NCBI GenBank assembly: GCA_965644315.1
Contig: CBFFRQ010000052.1
Coordinates: 62,001-126,000, forward strand
Reading direction: 5' to 3'
Source of the DNA: Caecitellus pseudoparvulus
Lineage: Eukaryota > Protista > Bigyra: Bicosoecida
DNA length: 64,000 nucleotides
The position numbers and the translations under genes were made by a program. Positions 12,801 through 22,751 of the stretch are shown one piece after another. The stretch's first letter is position 1. Every line of letters starts with the position of its first letter. The notes beneath the pieces were generated by a model. It saw nothing but the letters and a program-made list of their open reading frames with translations. It did no database searches and was not told the origin of the DNA.

Positions 12801-15800
12801 GATGTCGATGGGTTGCTCATGCTTGACACTGAAGGCTTTGATGAACAGCTCTTTTCAGGTGGCATCCACGTAGAAATGGGATCCAACGTCAGCGTCCGGA
12901 ATGTTCGGGCCACTGCAGCTCGGGCGAGTGGGTACGCCGCTGACCGCCTGCGAGTCACTGAGCGCCACCCCACCCGACGCATGATGTACTACCCATCAGG
13001 GGGGGGCAAGCTTGTCGCTGTCGGGGCGAGGGTTTTCGATGCTCCTGGCCAGTTCTACTTCAACGAGTACCAGGAGATCGTTGATGCGCCACCAAGCAAA
13101 GTTGAGGTGATCAACTGCTCCGTGCACGGCTTCGCACGAGCGTACCCAGGTGTCGCGGTCTACATCGAAGGGAAGGCGCATGTCCGCATCAAGAACTTGA
13201 CCGTCACAGACTCGCTTTCCGACGTACAGGGGGCGGCAGTAATGGTTGGGGGCGATCCTAGTGACTTCTCTGGTGCTGCTGACTTCCCTCCCCTCCAGGT
13301 CTCCATTGAGGATTCCACATTTCGGAGGTGCTCCAGCACGCGAGGGTCAGGCGGGGCATTGGCGGTGTTCCACCCGAGCGCTCGGGTGAACCTGTCCAAC
13401 ACCCTCATTGAAGAGCCAACCTTGACTGGCTCGGCTTCTGGTGGCGCCATAGCTGTGGCGGATGGAGCCTTCCTGCGCATTCGCAACCTTTCAGTCCTCG
13501 CTGGTCAGACCTATGGCTTTGGAGGTGGTGGCCTGTCTATTTCTAGCCGCAGCACTGTAGTTGCAGAGGACGTCATGCTGGTGGATAGTGCGGCACTAGG
13601 GTCCGGTGTGGGGGGTGCCATCTCCGTGTCTGGACTCGGCTCGGAGTTTCAATGTGATCGTTGCACCTTTTTGCGGTCCCGCACTGGTCAATCCCATGCT
13701 GGCACGCTCTTTGTGTCCGGTGGAGCGCTAGCAGTCTTGAGCAATTCGCGCCTGGAAGACTCCAGCACTCAGCAAAATGGAGGAGGCATCCTCGCAACCG
13801 ACACGGGCACAGTGCTCGTGCTCAACAACGTTACCTTCACAAAGCTGTCTGCGCAGCGCTTTGGGGGCGGGCTTGTCATCGCGAATGGTGCCCATGCAGA
13901 CATCTCCCGGCTCAGAACTGTGAATTGCTCTGCAGTGTCAGGCGGCGGCTCCCTGTATTTGCATAGTGCGAGTGCAGATGTACGCAACAGCTCCTTCGTG
14001 GGGTCAACTGCAGAGAACAGCGGAGGGGCGCTGCTCTGCTCCCTCTGCTCTGTCCAGCTGGTGTCATCTACGACCCACGGCTCTTCTGCGAGGGCAGGTG
14101 GGGATTTTGTCGCCTCTGGTAGCGGTGCAGTGATTATGCTTGAGCACCACAGTAGCCACAGAGCACTTTCTTATGACACCGGCGGGATCGGTTTGGCTAG
14201 GCTCGGTGGCGAAGTGGTCATTAAGTCACTTCGCGCAATCCAGCCGCTCTCTGAGGGCACGGGAGGCGGCTTCAGCGCCGACCTGGGTGGCCTTGTGTCT
14301 ATTGTTGGGTCTGTAGATCTGCAGCAGGGCCGAGCTTTGGCAGAGGGAGGCGGTGTGTACCTGGTTGGACAGGGCTCGCGCCTGGTTGCAAACCCTGGCT
14401 CATCGCTTCAGATCCAAGACAGCCAAGCACGCAGCGGTGGAGGCGTGTTCGTGGGAATTGGGGCGTCAGCTCTGTTCAATCACTCCACGGTCACACTCAG
14501 CCGCAACGCAGCGTCCTTGAATGGTGCGGGGCTTGCGTCAAAGAGCGGTATGACCATAGCGAGGTCCTCACATGTGTCCATCCAACATGGTACGGCTTTA
14601 GGAAACGGTGGCGGGGTATCTTTGTCCGACCAAGCCTCGCTTTGCTTCGGCGACGCTGAGTCGCAGCTTGCTATTGTGGGTAACAAAGCGGTTGATGGAG
14701 GAGGTATCCATGTAGACAGCAAGTCACAAGTTTCCATTGCCTCTGGGGTGTGTGGCCTTGGGGGAGCTGCACACATGACAAACAACTCTGCCACAGGAAG
14801 GGGAGGCGCTCTTTCTGCGACCATGGGCTCAAGCGTAGACGTCGGTGCAGGGGTGTCATTTCACAGCAACGCTGCGACCGGAGGCGACGCGTATGGTAGC
14901 ACGATCTTCACCAAGGACAGCGCTTTTCATGGGACTGGGCTGTCGATCCACGGAAGTGGTGGCCATGCCGGGCAACTGTTAGCAGGCACCGTATACTGTG
15001 AGGGGGTAGATGCGGCCGTCTTCCTCGCGAACACCACCTTTGTGCAGTCAACAGGCTCGCTGTCTGGTGTGGCCCGTGCCTCCGCCCTGTCCCTTCAGAA
15101 GGGTTGTGTTGCTGAGGCACGTGAGACCACCTTCAGCTCCGGGACAGCGCATGTTTCATCTGGATCGGCGGTGGCAGTTGGTGAAGCGGCAAAGCTGGTG
15201 TGGGAGACTTCCAATGTCACTGATCTAGTGTCCTCAGCCCCCGCAGTTCTGTCGTGTGCCCAAGGGGCTGTGGAGCTACGAGGAGAGCACCATTGGGCCG
15301 GAAACTGGGCTCCTCCACCAGCAGCCATGGGAGCAACAAGTTGCTCCGTTTCAGTTTTAGATGGTGCTGTCGTAAGGGTGTCTGGTGGAAGAATAACAGC
15401 TTCAGTCAGCTGCCAAGACCAACTCATTGGCAACCTCATGTCATTGCACAGTACCGACTTAAGTGTGGAGGCAAGAAGCACAGTTGTGCTAGATGGTGAG
15501 GAGCTGCAGTCCGATCCCCTGCAGTGCTCTGTGCAGCCGTCCCCCTTCAGCGCTGCGGGCTCAATGCTTCTGGAAAGCGCATCCTCTGTGAGTGTTGATG
15601 CTGGGTCCCAGGTCTTGATCTCGGCGATGCACTTCCCGAATGCGACTGGTGGGGGCTTGACCATGACTGGTGCTTCCTCATTGTACGTCGGACGTTCCGC
15701 AACCTTCTCCATCACCAACAGCACGGGTTTGTTCGGTGGTGGGTTGAGCATGTCGAGCAGCAGAGCCTCTGTCGGAGAGGGAGTCGTCGCGGGCATGGGC

Positions 15801-18800
15801 TGCAACCTGAGCGTCCTTGCCTCGCCACAGGGCGGAGCATTCATGCCACTGAAGCTTGAGCACAACGTCGCAGAGCGTGGAGGTGGTCTGTTTGCCACAG
15901 ATGGTTCGCTGTTGTGTATAGTGGGGGCAAATGTGAGTGGCAATCGAGCGACTAGCGTGGCGGGTGGAGTTCACCTTGTCGGTGCTCACCCATCATCAAT
16001 GTTAGTGTCAAGCATTATTGCCTCAAATTATGCGGCTTGTTCCAATGGAGGCCTGCTTTGTGAGAGTGGATCGCCGGCTTGCCCACTCGACTCGCAGCTT
16101 GGAGGCTTGTTGTGGGTCACGAACCTGAATGTCGAGAACAACGTCGCTGAGCAAACCATTCGGCAGAACATCGGCTGCTTGCCGGGTTTGACTGGCACAG
16201 GTTGCACAGTGCTCGCTCGGCCCCCTCACTCTTCGCTGCTGGCAGATGTCTGTGCAGCGGGCAAGGAGGCGCTCGGCTCGGCCTCTCCCTCGGAGCTTCC
16301 ATGCGCGGACAGTCCAGGTCGCCCTCAGGATGGTCCGACGTGGTACCTTTCTGAGGCCGCAAGCAGCAGCACCTGCTGCGGTGCAGAAGCCCGCCCTTGC
16401 CCTGTGATTGATGCAGAGTTTGAGCAAGAGATCCAAGATCTTGACGTGCTGAGGATTGCCGACAGCGCTACCATCCAGGCCTTCGTCCCGCATGTAACGC
16501 GAGGGACCTTGTCCGTGCTTGGTGCTGGTGCTGGCACGTCGCGGGTGACCACAGTAAATGGAGAGCCGCAGGAACTGCGTGCTTCCCCTTTGCTGACTGT
16601 GATGCCAGGTCACGTGCTTCTCGTTGAAAATGTCACGTTGACCAGACACGACGGGCGCGAAGCGTTGATCGCCTGCAGACAGGGCCGGGTCACAATGACG
16701 AACGTTGTGCTTGCCGGTTCTCTTTCGGAGGCATTCCCAGGGATGATAGCCCAGGATTGTGTTGTGGATATGACCAATGTGACATTTACGGGATTCAGCG
16801 GAACGCCATTGCAGATCTCTGGGACTGCAGCTGAGACTCAGCCCGCGCATCTTCGCTCCGTCCGCTTTTCAGGGAACCTTGTTGGTGTGGGGGCTTCTGC
16901 CATGGACATTCGAGGCTCGGTTGAGCTGCACGGTCACAGCGTTTCATTTGTCGACAACGTTGCTGAAGAGGCTGCATCCGGCGGAGCTGCTGCTGCTGTA
17001 CAGTGCCAAGCTGTGGACCTGTTGCAGCCTGTGCTGTTGGGTGCTGCGTGGTCGTTTGTACACGGTGCCTTGGCCGCTGACGGGCAAGCTGACGTAGAAG
17101 CGTCAGGCTGCCGCTTGACCCTGCGCGAAGTGGACTCAGATAACGCTAGGAGCGCATCTGGGGCCCATGCTCTTCTGAGTTTAGGGTCAGTATATTCTCT
17201 TTCCAGCGCTCAGCTCGTGGGGTGTAGAGCCGGAATCGGGGAAGGGGGCATCGGCGGGTGCGTTGCGATGGATGGCGGTTCCACTTTCGCCGGCGTAGGT
17301 GTTCTCATGAAGGACGCAGCTGCCGGGAGACATGGGGGCTGCATTCATGTTCGAGAGGGGGGTAACTTGACGCTGGTACACTCGATGCTTGTCGACTGTC
17401 AAGCGTTGAGCAATGGCGGCGGCATATACGTCGGAGGCTCTTCTCAACCAGAGATCGAGCCAGGGCCTAGCATTCGGATCTTCAACTCAACTCTCTCCCG
17501 GTGCTCTACAACAGATGCGTCTGGTCGAGGAGGAGCACTTTACATGCAGGACAGTGTGGAGTTCGTTTTGGAACGCTCTACTTTGGCAAACTGCAGCAGT
17601 GCGAACGGAGGCTGTGTCGCAACTCAGGGCGCGATTGAAGCAGCAGTGGTTGACTCCACTCTTGCCGACAGCTCGGCCTCCCTGCACGGCGGGTGCTGGT
17701 TTTCAGAGGTGATCACAGCAGCTGGGGCCAGCGTGTCGTTCACTGGCAGCACTCTTCGGGGGTGTGAGGCTTTGGAAGGTAGTGGCGGCGGCTTGTACTT
17801 GCTTGGTGGTCCCATTCGTGGGCCAAGCGGCGCTCTCCTCGTGGAGGCAGTGAACAGCAGCATTTCCAGGTGCTTTGCTCTTCAAGGCTCAGGTGGGGGC
17901 ATCTCTGTTACACAGAACGTTGCCCTACACTCAGATGTCTTGGTGACTGAGTGCGCGGCTCGGCAGGGAGGCGGAGTCGCTGCCATGGATGGGTCACGGA
18001 GCTCTTTAAACAGGTCTAGTATCGTGGGGAATACGGCCTCTTTCAGGGGAGGGGGTGTTTTTGTTCAGGATGCAGAGCTACATGGGTTGGGCGCGACTCT
18101 TTGGCAAAACACTGCCAATATTGTGCCGTTAGACGTGTCCAAGCTTCCAACTGCTGGTGGTGATGCGCTGAGCATCTCTTTGAGTATGGGCCCTTCACAC
18201 CTCGTGCAGTGTTCGGGCTGTCTGCTCGGCGGAAGCAGAAACACCTTGGTGGCTACACACACTTCGCTTCCTGCAGGTACTGGATGTGGCGTGGAGACTG
18301 TTGCTTGCACCGCGGCTTCAGCCCAGCTGCTAAGCACAACTTGTGGGAGGGAGCACCTTCGGCGGTCCAGGTGCACAGGCACAGCAGAATCCGTTGTGGG
18401 TGACACTGTGGCGCACCTACAGGCACTTGTCCAGTTGCCAAACTGCACTTTCGTGCTCAGTCCCGGGTCCCCTGCAGGCTCTAGCTTTACAGCTGTTCAG
18501 TGGCACGGAGCTGAACCGCTGGGGCTAGGTTCGAGTACTTTTTGTCCCTCCAGCCGCGCTCAATGCCTCAGCATGCATGCCCTGGACTGGAAGTCGCAGC
18601 GGGGAGCAATCGCCAACGGCTGGGAGCAGCTAGAGGCTGAAGAAGACGCCGCCACGTGTAGTTTCCCAGCTTTGCCGTGGACCACAAGCCTGCAGCTGCT
18701 GACTACCTGCCTCGCCTCATCGCCAAGCGCTTCAGAGGAGAGTGCAGGTGCCTACCCTCGGCTGGACTGGGTGGGAAGTGGCACAAGCCGCCTTCACAGT

Positions 18801-21266
18801 GTCACCATGGACGCTGATCCAGCCACCAATGCGTCAGTGTCATTTGCGCCTGGTTCTTCCTTCCCTGCATTTGCTGTCTGGGCTGTAGATGCATATGGCA
18901 GCATAGTTGGGTACCCCCCACTGGTTGCGAGCATGCCTACGACTTTCCCGCTGACGCTGCGATTCGTGGGGCGCCGGAGCGCAGCCCAGCTGGAGGCTTC
19001 TCCTACTCTAATCCCTGAAATGGAGACGGAGTTTGTGGCACAGGGTGTGGCTTTTTCGCCAGACTCAATTGCGGGACCAGGAGGCACAGCGTCGCCAGTA
19101 CGTGAAGAACTCCACGATGTCGTCAGGCAACACGGCGTGGTTGGCCCTCATGTAGACATGGGCGTCGCATGGAACTCCCACGTCATATGGCTGGTTCAGG
19201 GCGTGGCTGTCAACGTGCTGCCTCTGTCGACTTGGACGGTATCTGGATTCGGCACAGGACTTCCGCTTGAGCAGGCTCTGGCGCTGCCTGAAATAGAGAT
19301 GGCGCTTTGCCCTCCCGGTTTTGCGCAGTCTGGCACCGCAGCGTGTGCACAGTGCTTCCCAGGGTTCTTTTCTCCAGAAGGTCTCCAGTGCCTGCCTTGC
19401 CCGCCTGGTTCAGCCGCTCCGAACCTGGGACAAGACGCATGCTCTCCCTGCCCGCCAGGCACCTTCCAACCCTTGTCCGGAGAGGACTCGTGTCGCCCTT
19501 GCAGCGACAGTCGCTACACCATGCAGGTTGGGCAGAGCCAGTGCCTGTCATGCCCGGCTGAAGGTGTCACTTGCGTTGGAGGAACGGCTAGTATGCAACT
19601 AGGGTTCTTTTTCGTGGGCGGCGTCGATGCAGAGCAGTTGCAAAATGCTTCTGTGGATGTAGCCCAACTTTCCTTGGTTCGGCCTTCCATGGCACAAGCT
19701 CGGACCGCCTCCCTCGTGCTGGACAGCAAGGTGACTCCGTTTACGGCAGAGACCCAGGTGTACAGCTGCTTGTCTCGCTTAGGGTGCAAGCCAGTGAACA
19801 ATGGAACTGCCGTTGTCTGTGCAGAAGGGCATGTCGGAATTGCCTGTGGCAGCTGCGCACAAGGCTACGTCTTGTCTGGCGTCGCATGCGTGCAGTGCTT
19901 TCCGGACGCGATGGCTTGGGCGCTGCTGGTTGTTGTCGCCGTCGCCGCTGTGGCCCTCATCATCGTCGCAGCGATTCGAGGCACATTCTCGGATATCGCC
20001 CCATACAAAGTCGCGACGCGCATCCTCCTGAACTACATTCAGGTCTTGACGTTGACCGGCTTGCTGAGAGCGCGCGGAACAGTTGTCTTCCGCCAGTGGT
20101 TTGCACTCATCGAGGGCATGACTGGCATGGGCCTTGCGTCTCCCTTTGCGGCGATGAGATGCGTGCTGCAGGCCACAGCATACGAAGAGTTCGCAGCTGC
20201 CCTTTCCTTTCCACTCATGCTGGGGCTTGTGGCTGTCGTGAGTGGGGCTGTAGCCGCAGAAGTGCGGGCCCCAGCTTCACGCCGCCGCTGGGCAGCTTGC
20301 AGGGAGTGGCTGGGCGAGTACCGCTTCTTCAGCACGCTGATTTTTGTCGGCTTCCTGGCGTATGCTGTGGTCACAATGGCCGTGCTCAACGCCGTGCGCT
20401 GCACAGACGCCGCAATTTTCGACCACCACTGGCTGCTGAACGACATGAACATTCCTTGTTTTGAAGGCTCGCACACCGCAATGGTGGTAGTTGCGGTCAT
20501 AGTTGGCGTTGTTTTCTGCCTTGGCTTCCCCGTCATGGCAGCGGTGGTGCTGTCTCGTGGCAAGCGCCGCCTGGAGCTGGACGACTCGTACCGCAGCCAG
20601 TGGGGTTTTCTCATTGCTGGGTTGAAGCCAGACTTTGCTTGGTATGAGAGCGCCATTATGGCCCGAAAAATGGTCATGTCGCTGGTCGTTCTTGTTCTCA
20701 ACCCAGTGTACCAAGTGGTGGCGGCTCTGCTCGTCCTGTTCATTGCTCTGAACGTGCACCTCTTTTTGAAGCCATACAAGAGGAACATCTTCAACTTGTT
20801 GGACGCGCTGTCCCTATGGGCAGTTATTGTGAGTCTCATGCTGTCATTGTCATTCCTGGAATCCGAGGAAGCTGACCAAGTCAAACAGCTGGATCCGGCG
20901 TACACATCAGAGTACGAGACCCTGACAACGGTGGCCTTGTTGGCTGTGAACTTGAGCGCGGTGATCGCCCAGCTGTACCTTATTGTGCGACTTGCATTGT
21001 CAAAGAAGCACAAGCCACGCCAGCGGCGCGGCTCGAAGCCATCCCCAAGCCTTGGCGGAAAGGTCAGCGTGTTGACGCACAGCACGAACGCTTCAAAGCG
21101 TAGCAAGGCGGGCTCTGGAGGGAGCATGAAGCGCGTCGGGAAGACGATGCGTCGGGTTTCCCTTGCAGAAGACCGGGGTTTGCAGCTGTGGGCAGGAATG
21201 GCAGCAAGTCAGTCAAGCCGGCCAGGTGGTGCTGGGAAAGACAGCCGCGTATCTGGCTGGACCTGA
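9837..21266 (+). CDS. Giant Pmp-like beta-helix / Cys-rich (ephrin-receptor-like, GCC2-GCC3) / multi-pass membrane protein, about 3790 aa; exon 1 9837-9915, intron 9916-9984, exon 2 9985-21266
   Basis: A 3747-aa ORF with many GGA(I/V/L) and FxxN motifs (FVGNQAGAGGAVLC, FLGNRA, FHSNAATGG). It also has CxxCPxG repeats (CLPCPPGS...CSPCPPGTFQ), CAEGHVGIACGSCAQGY, and then many hydrophobic helices with WGFLIAGLKPDFAWYE and KPYKRNIFNLLD motifs. An upstream in-frame signal-peptide exon, MVPVRALIFLVALWMADVRAQC, joins through a 69-bp GT-AG intron that removes the stop at 9939. Confidence 0.92.
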
Positions 21267-21283
21267 GGATCATTTGGTGACCA

Positions 21284-22618
21284 TTAATGCACGATTTCGC
21301 ACGCTGATTCAATTGAGTCGACAGAGCTGCGGCCCAAGTCCTTGTTTGCTTGCACGTGTAGAGTCTTGAGGCTCACACAGCAGCGAAGGATCTCCTGCAT
21401 GTGAGGGGAGCTTGCAGCCGATAAGCCACATGCAGAGAAGTCCAAGCGTTCCAGAGACCCCATCTTCGCAATGGCTTGACATGCGTCCCCCAGTCCCTCG
21501 TCTGATAGGAGCTTGTTGTCCGCCAGGGACAGAGCATGGAGCCCTGGAGTACGGCTGAGCAGGTCCGACAGGCGGCCAGCCCCGGACGCAGTGAGGCGGC
21601 AACGTGCAAGGTTCAGGTCGCAAGCTGACTCTAGCAAAGCAACGTGCTTCAGCAAAATTTCCACTCCTTCATCTCCGCAAGGGTTGTTGGAAACGTCCAG
21701 AGCAGTCAAGCTCACTCCTTCTGCAAGCGCGGCAATCACGTGGTCAACTTGCTCTGGGCCAAGCTTGTTGCCGCCAATGTCCAAGCAAGCCAAGCTGCTG
21801 CAAGCATCCAGACGTGCAGCAAGCGCGGCAGCCCCTTCAGCCCCCATGGAATTTGATCGCCAGTGCAGACGTTGCAGGGCAGTGCAGCTGCTCAAGAGGC
21901 CTGCCACGCACTGGGTGCCAGCGTGCCCCAGCTGGTTCCCGCTGACGTTCAGCTCTTGGAGGCGTGGATGCTGTGCCTCTGCCGCGGCCCACTCAGCAAC
22001 TGCTCCCTCCAACGCGTCCAGCGACTTCTTGCCGATGCCGCAGGCTTCTAGGTTCAGCACCTGCACAGACAAGCCTGTGATGCTGCGGAGCACCCCCGCA
22101 ACGCCCGCTGCACGCAAGGGGTTGTGGGACACGTTGAGAGAAACTAGACCTCGGCACGATGCAAGCGACTCGCTGAATAGACTCCAATCCCTGAGCTTGC
22201 AGCGCTCTAGCTCTACATGCTGCAGGCTCGCACAAGCGCTCGCCAAGCCGGTTGCCAGGTGCGCGAAGCCATCAGCTGACGGCGAGATCCACCGCAGGCA
22301 CAGCTGCTGAAGGGGCAGCCTGCCAAGAGCCTCTGCGACCCCAGCCAGCAGTTTATCCGCCGAAGCTGGATCTGAGCAGTCCTGCACCATCTCCATGTCG
22401 ATGGCCTCCAAGTTCGAGCTGCACAACTCGAGGCAGTGCAGCACTTCATCCACGCTCACACCAGAGCCCAAAACCTGCACCTTCCTGGCAGCAGACAGGG
22501 TGACTTTCCGGGGATCTGGGGCCAGCGCCAGAAGCTTCTGATTCAACTCAACAGCACACAGCCGGCGAGACTCTGCGCCAGTGCAGGGGCCGCTCCCCCC
22601 GTCAGCTGCAGATGCCAT
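21284..22618 (-). CDS. Leucine-rich repeat protein, ribonuclease-inhibitor/NLRC3/RanGAP-type (about 440 aa)
   Basis: About 28-residue repeats of LxxLxLxxNxLxxxG (LVSLNVSHNPLRAAG, LQELNVSGNQLGHAG, LACLDIGGNKLGPEQ, LTALDVSNNPCGDEG). The start is placed at MASAADG (22618) because the upstream part of the ORF overlaps the AP-3 beta gene. Confidence 0.85.
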   Translation of the reverse strand: MASAADGGSGPCTGAESRRLCAVELNQKLLALAPDPRKVTLSAARKVQVLGSGVSVDEVLHCLELCSSNLEAIDMEMVQDCSDPASADKLLAGVAEALGRLPLQQLCLRWISPSADGFAHLATGLASACASLQHVELERCKLRDWSLFSESLASCRGLVSLNVSHNPLRAAGVAGVLRSITGLSVQVLNLEACGIGKKSLDALEGAVAEWAAAEAQHPRLQELNVSGNQLGHAGTQCVAGLLSSCTALQRLHWRSNSMGAEGAAALAARLDACSSLACLDIGGNKLGPEQVDHVIAALAEGVSLTALDVSNNPCGDEGVEILLKHVALLESACDLNLARCRLTASGAGRLSDLLSRTPGLHALSLADNKLLSDEGLGDACQAIAKMGSLERLDFSACGLSAASSPHMQEILRCCVSLKTLHVQANKDLGRSSVDSIESACEIVH

Positions 22619-22751
22619 GAGCCAGACCAGTTTCCGCACCTTCCCCCCTGCTTGGCACGGCAACCCCTCGCTGATGCTCACAATGGCAGAATGCACACAT
22701 GTGAAGGGCGTGTCGTACAAGTGGTGCATTAGCTGGAAAGTGCAGCTGGCA

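Noticed and set aside
10023-21266. Bacterial autotransporter, contamination or recent horizontal transfer
   Set aside because: The gene has a spliceosomal intron, eukaryote-type Cys-rich repeats and an alpha-helical multi-TM C-terminus rather than a beta-barrel, and it is contiguous with eukaryotic genes.
21284-22618. LRR gene as an NLR-type immune partner of the giant receptors
   Set aside because: No NACHT or NB-ARC domain is visible, and adjacency alone is not evidence in such a dense genome.
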